This document shows positions 52,055 through 63,999 of a DNA stretch of 64,000 nt, in pieces. The position numbers were made by a program, and so were the translations under genes. The stretch is from Cellvibrio sp. (GTDB lineage Bacteria > Pseudomonadota > Gammaproteobacteria > Pseudomonadales > Cellvibrionaceae), in contig DATJLH010000228.1 of assembly GCA_035490615.1 (NCBI GenBank), positions 1,025-65,024 on the forward strand. The letters run 5' to 3'. The stretch's first letter is position 1. Every line of letters starts with the position of its first letter. The notes beneath the pieces were generated by a model. It was not told the DNA's origin and did no database searches. It was given only the letters and a program-made list of their open reading frames with translations.

Positions 52055-53443
52055 CTACTTACGAAACCCCGGTGGCAATCCACCGCCGGGCGGCATACCT
52101 CCCGGCATCATGCCACCCAGGCCACGCATCATCTTGGACATGCCGCCGCCCTTCATTTTCTGCATCATCTTGGCCATTTGCTTGTATTGCTTTAACAAAC
52201 GGTTCAAATCCTGAATTTGCGTACCAGAACCTTGGGTAATGCGACGTTTGCGTGAGCCGTTCAGGTCTTCCGGGTTGCGGCGCTCTTCCGGTGTCATGGA
52301 ATTAATAATGGCTTCCATCACCTTAAATTGTTTGCCCATGTTGGACTGTTGTGCCATCTGCGCCACATTTCCCATACCGGGCAATTTATCAAGCATGGAG
52401 GTCAAGCCGCCCATGTTCTGCATTTGCTGCAACTGATCGCGCAAATCTTCGAGGTCGAATTTTTGGCCTTTGGTGACCTTCTTGACCAGCTTATCGGCTT
52501 TTTCCTTGTCGATGCTTCGTTCGGCCTGCTCAATCAACGACAGAACATCACCCATACCAAGGATACGTGACGCAATACGCTCAGGATGGAAGGGTTCAAG
52601 TGCATCCACTTTTTCACCCATACCGAGAAACTTGATGGGCTTGCCTGTGACATGGCGGACAGACAAGGCTGCACCACCGCGGGCATCACCATCAGCCTTG
52701 GTCAGAATCACACCGGTCAGGGGCAAGGCATCATTGAATGCCTTGGCTGTGTTGACCGCATCCTGACCAATCATGGCGTCGATAACAAACAGGGTTTCCG
52801 CTGGCTTGATGGCAGCGTGCACATCCTGTATTTCCGTCATCAGTTCGTTATCAATATGCAACCGCCCTGCCGTATCCACGATGACAACATCCAGGAATTT
52901 CCGTTTGGCGTGATCGATAGCACCCCGTGCGATGTCTACGGGACGTTGCTCGGCGGTAGAGGGGAAAAACTCAACGTCAACCTCCTGGGCCAGCGTCTGT
53001 AATTGTTGAATCGCAGCGGGACGGTAAATATCCGCACTCACAACCAGCACTTTTTTCTTCTCGCGTTCTTTGAGATAGCGAGCCAATTTTGCGACAGAGG
53101 TGGTTTTACCGGCCCCCTGTAAACCCGCCATCAGGATCACCGCTGGCGGCTGTACGGCCAGTTTGAGCCCTTCGTTGGCCGAGCCCATAACGCTGATCAG
53201 CTCGTTCTCTACAATCTTGATGAATTGCTGACCCGGGTTGAGTGCTTTACCTATCTGTTGACCGAGTGCGCGACTGCGAACCTGGTCAATAAAGGCTTTG
53301 ACCACCGGTAAAGCAACATCCGCCTCCAATAACGCCTTGCGGACCTCACGTAGCGTATCTTTGATGTTGTCTTCACTTAAGCGGGCCTTGCCAGTGATAG
53401 TTCGCAAGGAATGGGAAAGGCGATCAGTTAAATTCTCAAACAT
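52055..53443 (-). CDS. ffh: Signal recognition particle protein Ffh
   Basis: GLQGAGKTT, DTAGR, TKADG, Met-rich M domain. Confidence 0.97.
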   Translation of the reverse strand: MFENLTDRLSHSLRTITGKARLSEDNIKDTLREVRKALLEADVALPVVKAFIDQVRSRALGQQIGKALNPGQQFIKIVENELISVMGSANEGLKLAVQPPAVILMAGLQGAGKTTSVAKLARYLKEREKKKVLVVSADIYRPAAIQQLQTLAQEVDVEFFPSTAEQRPVDIARGAIDHAKRKFLDVVIVDTAGRLHIDNELMTEIQDVHAAIKPAETLFVIDAMIGQDAVNTAKAFNDALPLTGVILTKADGDARGGAALSVRHVTGKPIKFLGMGEKVDALEPFHPERIASRILGMGDVLSLIEQAERSIDKEKADKLVKKVTKGQKFDLEDLRDQLQQMQNMGGLTSMLDKLPGMGNVAQMAQQSNMGKQFKVMEAIINSMTPEERRNPEDLNGSRKRRITQGSGTQIQDLNRLLKQYKQMAKMMQKMKGGGMSKMMRGLGGMMPGGMPPGGGLPPGFRK

Positions 53444-53706
53444 AAGCTTTCTCAGACAATCGTTGAGTATTAGTAATAGTGCGGTTCATTGCTGTGCCGT
53501 AGTAGTCCCGGTCGGCGTAATCAGGCCGCGATTATACCCTCAAATGGCGGGCCAGTTGCCAGCACCCACAGGCGTTAAACCCTTGATTTAATGTGGAACC
53601 ATCCAATGCTTCTCATTGTGCTCATCCTGTGACAAACTTTGGCGCTACTCTATCACTCGAATCGCGCCTCATTCGCATTTAGAGGCTAATTCATCGGGCG
53701 TATTAC

Positions 53707-54516
53707 ATGGGCCAGGCAAACACAATGACACTTTATGTGAATCTTGCAGCGATCTTTTTTTATGTCATAGCCGGTCTTTACGCGATCAAATGTTTCGCCC
53801 GTCAGCAGCCGATTCATCGGACCGCCTTGTTCGCCGTGATCGCCGCTGCCCTATTGTTCCATGGCGGCGGTATTTATGGTCTCAGCGCCGCCCACACCGG
53901 TGTACAGCTGGGGTTCTTTTCTGTTTCGTCACTCATTTTCTGGGTTATTAACCTGATTGTACTGGTCAGCAGCTTCAAAAAAGCACTGCATAACCTGTTC
54001 ATTCTGTTGAGCCCTCTGTCGGTGCTGGCCGTCGGGGCCTCGCTCATAGGGCACGATGCAGACGTTCAAATTTCCTATCAACTGGCCAGCCATGTCATCC
54101 TGTCGATCCTGGCATATAGCCTGCTGACCATCGCTACCCTGCAAGCCCTGCTGCTGGCTTATCAAAACCACCAGCTCAAAAGCAAACATACCATCGGGAA
54201 TGTACGCCTGCTGCCGCCTTTGCAGACTATGGAATCACTGCTCTTCGAATTGTTATGGGCTGGCGAAATCCTGCTGACCCTCTCCATCTTGTCGGGCATG
54301 TGGTTCCTGGAAGATATCTTTGCCCAGCATCTGGCACATAAAACCGTCTTCTCTATCGCTGCCTGGGTAATCTATGCCCTCCTGTTATGGGGTCGCCACC
54401 GCCTTGGTTGGCGCGGCTATACCGCGATCCGTTGGACGCTCGGCGGATTTGCCCTCCTGATGCTTGCGTATTTTGGCAGTAAACTGGTGCTGGAGCTGAT
54501 TCTCCAGCGCAGTTGA
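53707..54516 (+). CDS. Cytochrome c assembly-family inner membrane protein (YpjD/CcsA-like)
   Basis: Multi-TM; HVILSILAY, LPPLQTME, HKTVFS, GWRG; divergent from ffh. Confidence 0.85.
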   Translation: MGQANTMTLYVNLAAIFFYVIAGLYAIKCFARQQPIHRTALFAVIAAALLFHGGGIYGLSAAHTGVQLGFFSVSSLIFWVINLIVLVSSFKKALHNLFILLSPLSVLAVGASLIGHDADVQISYQLASHVILSILAYSLLTIATLQALLLAYQNHQLKSKHTIGNVRLLPPLQTMESLLFELLWAGEILLTLSILSGMWFLEDIFAQHLAHKTVFSIAAWVIYALLLWGRHRLGWRGYTAIRWTLGGFALLMLAYFGSKLVLELILQRS

Positions 54517-54617
54517 TTACTCTGTACGGGAAGCGTCCCGGGCGGCTTTGCGTTATTGATTAACCCCTCAAACTTCGTCAAGATACCCAGCCATTTCGCA
54601 ATACGGGCTTCAACGCT

Positions 54618-55886
54618 TTGGACGACGCTTCGCTAGAATTATTATTCGCCTTGCTATTCGGCATGCTAATCCTGTCAGCTTTCTTCTCCGGTTCCGAGAC
54701 CGGCATGATGTCAATCAATCGGTATCGATTGAAGCACCTCACAAAAAAAGGTGACCGTGCCGCTCTGCGGGTAGCGAAATTATTACATCGCCCGGATCGT
54801 TTGATCGGGTTGATTTTGATTGGCAATAATCTTGTCAATAATATTGCAGTCACTATTGCAGCGGTCATCGCTATTCGGCTTTATGGTGACGCAGGCCCTT
54901 ATGTTGCCAGTATCATCCTTACCTTTGTGATGCTGGTATTCTCCGAAGTCACCCCAAAAACGATTGCTGCACTTTATCCCGAACGAATTTCATTTGTCGC
55001 CAGTTGGTTCCTCCGTCCGCTGTCCTACTTGCTTCATCCTGCCGTCCTTGCCGTTAATTTATTATCCAACACCGTCGTTCGTTTATTCGGTATCGATGCC
55101 AAAACCCATAAACACATTGAACATCTTGACCCGGAAGAATTGCGCACGGTGGTTGATGAAGCCGGAGACCTGCTACCCGAGCAACATCAGGGAATGCTAC
55201 TGAATGTACTGGATCTGGAAAAATCTACCGTAGAAGACATCATGATTCCGCGCAATGAGGTGGAAGGCCTTGACCTGGAGCTGGAGATTCCAGAACTCCT
55301 GCAGCGTATTCGCACCAGCGAATACACACGCTTGCCTGTTTATGAAGGGGATATCAATAAAGTCGTAGGCATACTGCACCTGCGCAATGCCGCGCGTTTT
55401 ATTCAAGGCGACGACACTACGGTCACACACGAAGCCATTCGCCGATTTACCAACGAGCCCTATTTCGTTCCTGAATCGACCAAGCTCAATACGCAACTAT
55501 TAAATTTTCAGCAACAGAAATGCCGCATGGCATTAGTGGTTGATGAATATGGCGAAGTCCAAGGAATCGTGACGCTGGAAGATTTACTGGAGGAAATTGT
55601 CGGCGATTTCACCACCAACAGTGCCGAAGAGGAATCAAGGGATATCGTGCCTCAGGACGATAATTGGTTTTTAATTGACGGAGGCACTTTTGTCCGCGAT
55701 ATCAACAGAGCGCTGGACTGGGAATTGCCCATTGACGGACCCAAAACACTTAACGGATTAGCAATGGAGTATTTGGAAAATATTCCCGATGCAGAGATCG
55801 GGTTTGAGATCGGCAGCTACCGTTTTGAAACCGCGCAACTGACCGACAAGATGATCGCCTGGCTCCGCGTTAAACGAATGGTGTGA
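54618..55886 (+). CDS. HlyC/CorC (CNNM-CBS) family transporter (YfjD-like)
   Basis: FFSGSETG, EVTPK, MIPR, YTRLPVY, VVDEYG, TLEDLLEEIVG. Confidence 0.9.
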   Translation: MDDASLELLFALLFGMLILSAFFSGSETGMMSINRYRLKHLTKKGDRAALRVAKLLHRPDRLIGLILIGNNLVNNIAVTIAAVIAIRLYGDAGPYVASIILTFVMLVFSEVTPKTIAALYPERISFVASWFLRPLSYLLHPAVLAVNLLSNTVVRLFGIDAKTHKHIEHLDPEELRTVVDEAGDLLPEQHQGMLLNVLDLEKSTVEDIMIPRNEVEGLDLELEIPELLQRIRTSEYTRLPVYEGDINKVVGILHLRNAARFIQGDDTTVTHEAIRRFTNEPYFVPESTKLNTQLLNFQQQKCRMALVVDEYGEVQGIVTLEDLLEEIVGDFTTNSAEEESRDIVPQDDNWFLIDGGTFVRDINRALDWELPIDGPKTLNGLAMEYLENIPDAEIGFEIGSYRFETAQLTDKMIAWLRVKRMV

Positions 55887-56105
55887 TTATCTGTCGTCGT
55901 GACGATGATTTATCTTTCGTAAGATAAAACCTGCCAGCACAGCCAGTCCCACCACAATCACCAGACAGGCAATTAAAATCCATAAATAACCTAGCAAGTC
56001 ATTTAGGGGCAAACCCCACCCGTAAACAGCCAGGGCTAAAAATGCAGCACAAGCAATCATGTTGATTGCCAAACCACGATTCTTGAAAAATTTCCGCAAC
56101 GACAT
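55887..56105 (-). CDS. Small membrane protein
   Basis: 72 aa with two hydrophobic helices. Confidence 0.55.
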   Translation of the reverse strand: MSLRKFFKNRGLAINMIACAAFLALAVYGWGLPLNDLLGYLWILIACLVIVVGLAVLAGFILRKINHRHDDR

Positions 56106-56141
56106 ACCGCTTATCCGGACAATACAACTTAAAAATTTACT

Positions 56142-56510
56142 TTAGTTCTCACCCGACTCCGGGTTTTTGTCTTGCGCCGCTACCACCAAGGCATTTTCCA
56201 GCGAGCCATGGTTGGTCACTCGGGTGTACCCCATCCGCAGCAATGTATCCCGTGCAACATCTGCACGACGACCGCTACGGCAATACAGCTGGATCTCCGT
56301 ATTTTTATCGGGGATCTGCTCAGCAATCAGCCCGCCGATCTGGTCGTGCGGCATCAGCAACGCCCCTTCCACGTGACCATCTGCATATTCTTCCGGCGTC
56401 CGGACATCAAGCCACACTTCATCGGCAACCACATTCATAGAAAAACCTGCTAACAGAAAAGACCATAAAATACTGGCTATACCAAGCCACTTGTTGATGT
56501 ACCGAGCCAT
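56142..56510 (-). CDS. Exported rhodanese (PspE-like)
   Basis: Signal peptide; WLDVRTPEEY..GHVEGA, LYCRSGRRA. Confidence 0.85.
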   Translation of the reverse strand: MARYINKWLGIASILWSFLLAGFSMNVVADEVWLDVRTPEEYADGHVEGALLMPHDQIGGLIAEQIPDKNTEIQLYCRSGRRADVARDTLLRMGYTRVTNHGSLENALVVAAQDKNPESGEN

Positions 56511-56533
56511 GCAATGCCTCTCGATTATTCCGG

Positions 56534-57931
56534 TTATTCGCGACGCCACTGCGTGGACCCGTCGCGGGAATCTTCCAGTACCACACCTTGCTCCAGCAAA
56601 CTCTTACGAATTTCATCCGCGCGCGCATAATTCTTATTGCGTTTTGCTTCGATGCGCTCAGCCACCAAATGTTCAACCGCTTCCGCCGAAATCGCATCTC
56701 CACCAGCAGACTGAAGGAACTGTGCGGGGTTGTCTTGTAGGATACCCAGAATATTACCCATAGCTTTAAGCTGCGCAGCAAGTTGGTGAGCCAGCTCAGG
56801 ATCAGCCTTGGCGTTATTCAGATCACGCACCAGGTCGTACATGCCAGCCAAGGCCACACGGGTATTGAAGTCGTCATTCATTGAAGCCACAAAAGCCCGA
56901 TAGTACGGGCTTTGGTCGATATCAACCAAAGATGCAGCGGGCACATCCGCATAACCACGCAAAGCGCCATAGAATCGCTCTAAACCGGTACGGGCTTCGA
57001 CCAGGTTATCTTCTGCATAGTTGATCGGGCTGCGATAGTGGCTGCTGATCAACAAAAACCGAACGACTTCGGGATGATATTTCTCCAACACATCGCGAAT
57101 GGTAAAAAAATTGCCCAAAGATTTGGACATTTTCTCACCGTCGACCCGCACCGCACCGGCATGCATCCAATAGTTAACATACTTGCAACCATTGGCCGCT
57201 TCACTCTGGGCAATTTCATTTTCATGGTGAGGGAAAGGAAGGTCCGGGCCGCCGCCGTGAATATCAAACGTAACGCCGCAGCAATCTTTGCTCATAGCGG
57301 AACATTCAATGTGCCAACCAGGGCGACCCAATCCCCACGGCGACTCCCACGCAGCTTCACCTGGCTTTGCCGACTTCCACAGAGCAAAATCACGTGGATC
57401 TTCTTTTACTTCATCCACTTCAATACGGGCGCCCGCTAACAGCTCATCAGGGTTTTTATTACTTAATTTGCCGTACTCGGCAAAATGTTTTACCCGGTAA
57501 TAGACATCACCATTCGGCGCTGCGTAGGCGTATTGTTTTTCAACCAAGGTGGAGACCATGGCAATAATTTCACTGATATAGGCTGTCGCACGCGGCTCAA
57601 TATCCGGCGGTAGCACACCCAGCCGGGCTTCATCTTCGTGCATATAATCAATGAAACGCGATGTAAGGTCGGTATAAGTTTCACCGTTTTCCTGTGCACG
57701 CCTGATGATCTTGTCATCGATATCCGTAATGTTACGCACGTAAGTGACATCCCAGCCTTGAGACCGTAAAAAACGTGTCACTACATCAAAGGTTACCAAT
57801 ACCCGGGCATGACCGACATGACAGTAGTCGTAGACCGTAACACCACAGACATACATGGAAATCTTACCGGGTTTTATCGGCTTGAAAGCTTCTTTCTGAC
57901 GAGTCAGGGTGTTGTAAAGGTGTAACGTCAT
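56534..57931 (-). CDS. cysS: Cysteine--tRNA ligase
   Basis: YVCGVTVYDYCHVGH, GRPGWHIECSAM, KMSKS. Confidence 0.97.
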   Translation of the reverse strand: MTLHLYNTLTRQKEAFKPIKPGKISMYVCGVTVYDYCHVGHARVLVTFDVVTRFLRSQGWDVTYVRNITDIDDKIIRRAQENGETYTDLTSRFIDYMHEDEARLGVLPPDIEPRATAYISEIIAMVSTLVEKQYAYAAPNGDVYYRVKHFAEYGKLSNKNPDELLAGARIEVDEVKEDPRDFALWKSAKPGEAAWESPWGLGRPGWHIECSAMSKDCCGVTFDIHGGGPDLPFPHHENEIAQSEAANGCKYVNYWMHAGAVRVDGEKMSKSLGNFFTIRDVLEKYHPEVVRFLLISSHYRSPINYAEDNLVEARTGLERFYGALRGYADVPAASLVDIDQSPYYRAFVASMNDDFNTRVALAGMYDLVRDLNNAKADPELAHQLAAQLKAMGNILGILQDNPAQFLQSAGGDAISAEAVEHLVAERIEAKRNKNYARADEIRKSLLEQGVVLEDSRDGSTQWRRE

Positions 57932-57964
57932 GGTCTGTTCCACAGCATCGTAAAAAATTAAAAG

Positions 57965-59686
57965 CTATTCCTGATCATCCATTTTTGCCCAGCTGTCACG
58001 CAGGCCAATGGTACGATTAAATACCGGCTTCTCCGGCGTATGATATTTGCTGTCGAGACAAAAATATCCTTCGCGCTCAAATTGGAAATGATCTTCCAGG
58101 GTTGCTTTTGCCAAACTGATTTCAGCTTTGCAGTTGTGCAATATTTCAAGGCTGTTGGGGTTGATGTACTCAAGGAAGTTTTTTCCGCCCGCATCCGGCG
58201 CCTCATCGGTAAATAGGCGGTCATACAAACGCACTTCACAGTTCAGATTATGAGTCGCCGATACCCAGTGAATCACTCCCTTGGGCTTGATGCCATCAGC
58301 CGGATCTTTACCCAGGGAATCCTCAATAATATGCGCAACAATTTCCGTGATATTTCCCTGCTCATCACGAATCGCCAGATCCGCTTCAATTACGTAAGCG
58401 TTGCGTAAACGCACGCGCTTACCTAATACCAGGCGCTTGTATTTTTTATTGGCTTCTTCACGAAAGTCATCCTGCTCGATATACAAGGTGCGAGTAAAGG
58501 GTAACAAACGCTCACCCAGATCGTCGCGATTGGGATGGCAGGAGGCAACCATCTCCTCAATTTTTTCTTCCGAGTAATTCGTCAGCGTCACTTTTAAGGG
58601 GCGCAAAACGCACATCGCGCGCGGAGCATTTTTATCCAGATCATCGCGCACTGAAAACTCCAGCATGCCGACATCTACCATACCGTCAGAACGGGTTACC
58701 CCGATACGCTCACAAAAGTTGCGCAACGCTGCCGGGGTATAGCCGCGACGACGCATACCGGAGATAGTCGGCATACGTGGATCATCCCAGGCATCAACAT
58801 GTTTTTCGTCAACCAGTTGTTTCAGTTTGCGTTTACTGGTAACTGTATAGTTGATATTTAAACGCGCAAATTCATATTGGCGAGGTTTCGCCGGCACGGG
58901 TAAATGTTCAATAAACCAATCGTAGAGCGGCCGATGGTCTTCAAACTCCAGCGTACAGATTGAGTGGGTAATGCCTTCAATGGCGTCGCTTTGGCCATGC
59001 GCAAAATCATAAGAAGGATAGATACACCATTTATCGCCGGTTTGATGATGGTGTGCTTTTTTAATGCGATAGATAATCGGATCGCGCAGATTCATGTTCG
59101 GCGCGGACATGTCTATCTTTGCGCGCAACGAACAACTGCCCTCGGCAAGTTTTCCGAGGCGCATTTGTTCAAAAAGCTCGAGGTTTTCTGCCACGCTGCG
59201 GTCGCGGTAAGGGCTGTTTTTGCCTGGCTCCGTCAGGGTACCGCGATACGCACGCGCTTCATCGGGAGACAAATGGCATACATAAGCCAAGCCCTGTTCA
59301 ATCAGATAAACAGCCCATGCATACAACTGATCAAAATAATCCGAGGTATAACGGACCTCGCCATCCCACTGGAAACCTAACCAGGCGACATCCTGCTTGA
59401 TCGCATTAACATATTCTTCGTTTTCTTTTTCAGGATTAGTGTCGTCAAAGCGGAGGTTACATACACCACCGAACTCTTCCGCTACACCAAAGTTCAGGCA
59501 AATGGATTTCGCATGCCCGATATGCAAATAACCGTTAGGCTCTGGAGGAAAACGTGTAATGATTTTTTGATGCTTACCATCCTCCAAATCTTTACGAATG
59601 ATTTGTTGAATAAAATGCGCAGGCTTGGCAGTTGTTTTTGCGTCGGCGTTAGCAGATGTCGCGCTGGAAGCAGGATTTTCAGTCAT
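57965..59686 (-). CDS. glnS: Glutamine--tRNA ligase
   Basis: [38 protein letters not shown]. Confidence 0.96.
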   Translation of the reverse strand: MTENPASSATSANADAKTTAKPAHFIQQIIRKDLEDGKHQKIITRFPPEPNGYLHIGHAKSICLNFGVAEEFGGVCNLRFDDTNPEKENEEYVNAIKQDVAWLGFQWDGEVRYTSDYFDQLYAWAVYLIEQGLAYVCHLSPDEARAYRGTLTEPGKNSPYRDRSVAENLELFEQMRLGKLAEGSCSLRAKIDMSAPNMNLRDPIIYRIKKAHHHQTGDKWCIYPSYDFAHGQSDAIEGITHSICTLEFEDHRPLYDWFIEHLPVPAKPRQYEFARLNINYTVTSKRKLKQLVDEKHVDAWDDPRMPTISGMRRRGYTPAALRNFCERIGVTRSDGMVDVGMLEFSVRDDLDKNAPRAMCVLRPLKVTLTNYSEEKIEEMVASCHPNRDDLGERLLPFTRTLYIEQDDFREEANKKYKRLVLGKRVRLRNAYVIEADLAIRDEQGNITEIVAHIIEDSLGKDPADGIKPKGVIHWVSATHNLNCEVRLYDRLFTDEAPDAGGKNFLEYINPNSLEILHNCKAEISLAKATLEDHFQFEREGYFCLDSKYHTPEKPVFNRTIGLRDSWAKMDDQE

Positions 59687-59802
59687 ACGGGATAGCGTCC
59701 GGTTAATAACCTGTGTCAGTCGAAGATCAGCCGCCCGTCTCGGTCGGCAAAGGAAACCATTGTAGCGATTCGCCCCGGCTTTTCCTACCGCAACAGAAGT
59801 GG

Positions 59803-60876
59803 TTACGGATTAACCGACTGCTCCACTGATTGGCCCGGGGTTAGCGTAGAGCGATAATCTGAGCGCCGGTTCAATTGATAGCGCCGTACCGCGCGATTGT
59901 GCTCCGCCAAGGTTGCAGAGAAGTGTGTTGTACCGTCCCCTTTGGCGACAAAGTAAAGTGCATCACCTTCAGCGGGGTTCAAGCTAGCCTGAAGCGCAGC
60001 CCGCCCAGGCAAAGAGATTGGTGTCGGAGGCAAACCCTTGATCACATAGGTGTTGTAGGGCGTCGCCTGCTGTAGATTTTTTCGCGTTATCTTGCCTTTA
60101 TACGCCTCGCCCATCCCATAGATCACCGTCGGGTCCGTTTGTAAACGCATACCTTTTTGCAAGCGGCGAACAAAGACGCCAGCGATCTGGTCCCGCTCCC
60201 ATTCAGCGCCCGTTTCCCGCTCCACAATGGATGCCATGATCAACGCCTCATAGGCATCCTTGTAAGGAAGGTTCTCTGCCCGTGAATCCCATAACTCCTG
60301 CAACTGTTGCTGCATTTGCGTATATGCCCTACGCAAGATCTCTACATCAGTCATATCGCGCGGGTAAACGTAAGTGTCTGGGAAAAACCAGCCTTCGGGG
60401 TGACTGATCGGTAGCGCCAGCAGCGCCAGTTGCTCTGCTTCAGTCTTACCTTGCAATAGCGGTTTAATCGTGTCTTTTGAATGGAGCAGCGTAAGTGCCT
60501 GACGAAATGTCCACCCCTCAACCAGGGTAACCTGATACAAGACAACATCGCCTTTGCGTAATTTTTCCAACAATTGTTGTGGCGTTATTCCATGCGGAAA
60601 ATAATATTCGCCCGCGTGAACCTTGGTGGCGTTGGAGAAACGTGCGTATAACGTCAGCAAGCGCGGATGCTGCAAAAAACCCTGCTGACTCAAATCATGA
60701 GCCAAATGCCCAAGCACCCGCCCCGAGTGAAGCTGGTAGTGATATCCTGCCTGAGGCAACGCCAAGGGAGTAGTCAACCAGTGCTGCAGATAAAACCAAC
60801 CGGATATACCAGCCAGCAGAGTCAATACAATCAGCACTCGCAGCAATCGCGTTATTTTTCTTAGTATCTTACGCAC
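59803..60876 (-). CDS. mltG: Endolytic transglycosylase MltG (YceG)
   Basis: N-terminal TM; [37 protein letters not shown]. Confidence 0.93.
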   Translation of the reverse strand: MRKILRKITRLLRVLIVLTLLAGISGWFYLQHWLTTPLALPQAGYHYQLHSGRVLGHLAHDLSQQGFLQHPRLLTLYARFSNATKVHAGEYYFPHGITPQQLLEKLRKGDVVLYQVTLVEGWTFRQALTLLHSKDTIKPLLQGKTEAEQLALLALPISHPEGWFFPDTYVYPRDMTDVEILRRAYTQMQQQLQELWDSRAENLPYKDAYEALIMASIVERETGAEWERDQIAGVFVRRLQKGMRLQTDPTVIYGMGEAYKGKITRKNLQQATPYNTYVIKGLPPTPISLPGRAALQASLNPAEGDALYFVAKGDGTTHFSATLAEHNRAVRRYQLNRRSDYRSTLTPGQSVEQSVNP

Positions 60877-60882
60877 TTCACA

Positions 60883-61743
60883 TTAACTCGCATCAGATGA
60901 TATGCCACGCAACATGATCGCCAAACGATCTTGCAGACGGTCAGTTATTTCACGGTGAACGAAACGCACAGAAGTATCACTATCCAACATGCCTACCGAT
61001 ACTATGCCTCTGATGCTGTTGCAGATAAATACTTCGTCAGCGTCCTGTAATTCGAGTGGCAGAATTTTTTTAACGGTTACCGTCAACCCCAACGCCGGCA
61101 CCAGCTGATCGATAATAACTCGTCGCATAATACCCGCCACACCGGCAAACGAGAGGTCAGGCGTAAAGAGTTGGCCGTTTTTTATCATGAAAATATTGCT
61201 GGCTGTGGCCTCTATCACAAAACCTTCCTCATCAAGCATCAGGCCCTCGGCATACTCGTGTTGCCACTCCCCACGAGCCAAAATTTGCTCAAGACGATTG
61301 AGGTGTTTAAGCCCTGCGAGAGTCCGATTGCGCGAGAGCCGCTGTTGGCAAATTCGCAAACTGATATTTTGCAATTCTTCCGGCACAGCATCGAAAAACA
61401 CAACGCAAATTGTCGGGGAGGACAATTCAGGTGGTGCGTAGCCGCGACCACCGCAACCGCGCGTCACAATGACTTTCATCACCCCTTCCGCAGCACCAAA
61501 ATGCTGGGCCTGCTGAAGAAGCTCTGCCACATAGGTTTCCAGGAGCGAGACATCCAGGGGGATCATTAACCCTCGGCAGCTCTCAACCAGGCGCTGGCGA
61601 TGGAGACTCCATAAAGGCATCCTCCCCGCGCGATAAAGACAAGTTTCGAAGAGGCCGTCACCATAGGTAAAGCCTCGGTCAAGCGGAGAGACCGATGCAT
61701 TAAACACACCATTGACGGATATCAGAGGAAATGGACTAGGCAT
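60883..61743 (-). CDS. pabC: Aminodeoxychorismate lyase
   Basis: DRGFTYGDGLFET, GLKHLNR, EATASN, GVAGIMR. Confidence 0.92.
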   Translation of the reverse strand: MPSPFPLISVNGVFNASVSPLDRGFTYGDGLFETCLYRAGRMPLWSLHRQRLVESCRGLMIPLDVSLLETYVAELLQQAQHFGAAEGVMKVIVTRGCGGRGYAPPELSSPTICVVFFDAVPEELQNISLRICQQRLSRNRTLAGLKHLNRLEQILARGEWQHEYAEGLMLDEEGFVIEATASNIFMIKNGQLFTPDLSFAGVAGIMRRVIIDQLVPALGLTVTVKKILPLELQDADEVFICNSIRGIVSVGMLDSDTSVRFVHREITDRLQDRLAIMLRGISSDAS

Positions 61744-61776
61744 CGGCCGAGTCTATACAAAATCAGACGCCGATAC

Positions 61777-61808
61777 AAAAACGCCGAACTGTTTACAGCT
61801 CGGCGTTT
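61777..61808 (-). terminator. Terminator-like hairpin after fabF
   Basis: Minus strand AAACGCCGAGCTG-taaa-CAGTTCGGCGTTTT(T). Confidence 0.7.
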
Positions 61809-61838
61809 CTGATTTCTCGTTAACTGATAAAGGCATTA

Positions 61839-63080
61839 TCAGCCCAGCTTACGGAAGACAAGGGAGCCATTAGTCCCCCCAAAACCGAACGAGTTGGAGA
61901 GCACCGTATCGATTTTGCGTTCCTGGGCGGTGTGGGGCACAAGATTGATATCACAGCCCTCATCCGGATTATCCAGGTTGATGGTGGGAGGAGCCACCTG
62001 ATCGCGGATGGCTAGCACACTGAAGATAGCTTCCACCGCACCAGCCGCACCCAATAGATGTCCAATCATGGATTTGGTAGAGCTTACCGCCACCTGATCC
62101 GCTGCACTGCCCATTACCGACTTAACCGCCTGGCATTCCGCTTTGTCGCCCGCTGGTGTGGAGGTACCGTGCGCGTTGATGTAATGGATGGCACTGGCAG
62201 GAATCCCGGCGTCTTTGATAGCGTTAACCATGGATGCCGCCGCACCCGAACCGTCTTCCGGTGGTGAAGTCATGTGATAAGCATCCCCGCTCATCCCGAA
62301 ACCAATCAATTCGGCATAGATCCTGGCTCCGCGAGCTTTTGCATGCTCATATTCTTCCAATACCAACACGCCAGCGCCATCCCCCAGTACAAAACCATCG
62401 CGATCCTTATCCCATGGGCGACTGGCTGCTTGCGGGTTGTCATTACGTGTTGAAAGAGCCCGTGCGGCAGCAAACCCGCCTAAGCCAACGGGGGTTGTGG
62501 CCATCTCAGCACCGCCTGCGACCATAACATCCGCATCACCGTACTGGATCATCCGCGCCGCAAAACCAATGCTGTGGGTACCCGTCGTACAGGCTGTGGT
62601 CAGTGCAATATTCGGCCCGCGCATGCCGTACATAATGGAGAGGTTGCCAGAGATCATATTGATAATGGCACTCGGCACAAAGAAGGGGGACATGCGCCGC
62701 GGCCCCTTGTGCTCTACCACCAGGGTACCTTCCTCTATGGTTCCGATGCCGCCAATCCCCGAACCGATAGATACACCGATACGGCCCGCATTCGCTTCGG
62801 ACACTTCAAGGCCAGCATCACGAATCGCCTGGATACCGGCTACCATTCCATATTGAATAAACGGGTCCATCTTACGAGCATCTTTGCCGGAGAAATAATC
62901 ATCGATCACGAGATTTTTCACGGATGCGCTGAATTGCGTCGTAAACGCTGAAACGTCAAAGGTGGAAATGGTTTCAACACCGCTTTTGCCGTTCACAATG
63001 CCATGCCAGGTATCAGCCACGGTATTACCCAGCGAGCTGACCATACCGAGACCAGTTACAACCACTCTTCTACGCGACAC
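61839..63080 (-). CDS. fabF: 3-oxoacyl-ACP synthase II
   Basis: [41 protein letters not shown]; GTG start. Confidence 0.96.
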   Translation of the reverse strand: MSRRRVVVTGLGMVSSLGNTVADTWHGIVNGKSGVETISTFDVSAFTTQFSASVKNLVIDDYFSGKDARKMDPFIQYGMVAGIQAIRDAGLEVSEANAGRIGVSIGSGIGGIGTIEEGTLVVEHKGPRRMSPFFVPSAIINMISGNLSIMYGMRGPNIALTTACTTGTHSIGFAARMIQYGDADVMVAGGAEMATTPVGLGGFAAARALSTRNDNPQAASRPWDKDRDGFVLGDGAGVLVLEEYEHAKARGARIYAELIGFGMSGDAYHMTSPPEDGSGAAASMVNAIKDAGIPASAIHYINAHGTSTPAGDKAECQAVKSVMGSAADQVAVSSTKSMIGHLLGAAGAVEAIFSVLAIRDQVAPPTINLDNPDEGCDINLVPHTAQERKIDTVLSNSFGFGGTNGSLVFRKLG

Positions 63081-63209
63081 GTTAGGGATTCTCCAAAACA
63101 ATAGGGAATTGGCGGGATAAAAGCTTCAAAATGCTCAGGGATGGGCATTTATTAAAAGTGCGCCGATCACGCTGCCATTACAACCGTTTATGCAATCAAA
63201 TTTGCAAAA

Positions 63210-63246
63210 GAAAAAGCCGTACTATTTCGCAATAATACGGCTTTTT
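63210..63246 (-). terminator. Terminator-like hairpin between acpP and fabF
   Basis: AAAAGCCGTA...TACGGCTTTT inverted repeat flanked by A/T tracts. Confidence 0.7.
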
Positions 63247-63277
63247 CACGAAGACAGATAATCAGCGACTTTGAAGA

Positions 63278-63514
63278 TTACGCCAGGTTGGCGTTAATGT
63301 AATCGATAGCCAGCTGAACTGTGGTGATTTTCTCAGCTTCTTCGTCAGGGATCTCTGTCTCAAACTCTTCTTCCAGAGCCATAACCAGCTCTACGGTGTC
63401 GAGAGAGTCAGCACCCAGATCTTCAACAAAAGAAGCTTCGTTTTTAACTTCTTCTTCTTTCACACCCAGTTGCTCAGCAACGATTTTTTTTACGCGTTCT
63501 TCAATGCTGCTCAT
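63278..63514 (-). CDS. acpP: Acyl carrier protein
   Basis: [14 protein letters not shown]. Confidence 0.98.
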   Translation of the reverse strand: MSSIEERVKKIVAEQLGVKEEEVKNEASFVEDLGADSLDTVELVMALEEEFETEIPDEEAEKITTVQLAIDYINANLA

Positions 63515-63708
63515 GATGCTATTTAACTCCTAGTGGTAGTATCGACGAAACCGTCACTTGTGAAACCACGAAGGTGGTTCCTTCATAATGTTTCGGCCAA
63601 AATCGACGCGCATTTTACATCTATTTTTGCCGTGTTGTAACGCATCCTGCCAAAATTCTTCGTTTTTTTAATGAATTTCTATGAAAAACAAAGACTTAAA
63701 TCCTATTA

Positions 63709-63999
63709 TTAGCCCATATACAGGCCGCCGTTGACGTGGATAGTCTCACCGCTAACGTAGGCTGCAGCATCGCTGGCCAAAAAAACCACGACTGCAGCAA
63801 TCTCTTCCGGTTTACCCAGGCGCCCCACAGGAATGTTGGACAACAATCCAGCCTTTTGATCCTCAGGTAAGCCTTTGGTCATATCCGTATCGATAAAACC
63901 TGGCGCGACGGTGTTGACGGTGATCCCACGCGAACCTACCTCTGCAGCTAATGAGCGCGCAAAACCTGACACGCCGGCTTTGGTAGCCGCATAATTTGA
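63709..63999 (-). CDS. fabG: 3-oxoacyl-ACP reductase, 5'-truncated by window edge
   Basis: SNYAATKAG...VNTVAPGFIDTDM...GETIHVNGG, directly upstream of acpP. Confidence 0.93.
   Translation of the reverse strand, partial: SNYAATKAGVSGFARSLAAEVGSRGITVNTVAPGFIDTDMTKGLPEDQKAGLLSNIPVGRLGKPEEIAAVVVFLASDAAAYVSGETIHVNGGLYMG

Noticed and set aside
53605-53617. Fur-box-like AATGCTTCTCATT upstream of ypjD
   Set aside because: Only the core partly matches and the flanks do not; too weak without a PWM scan
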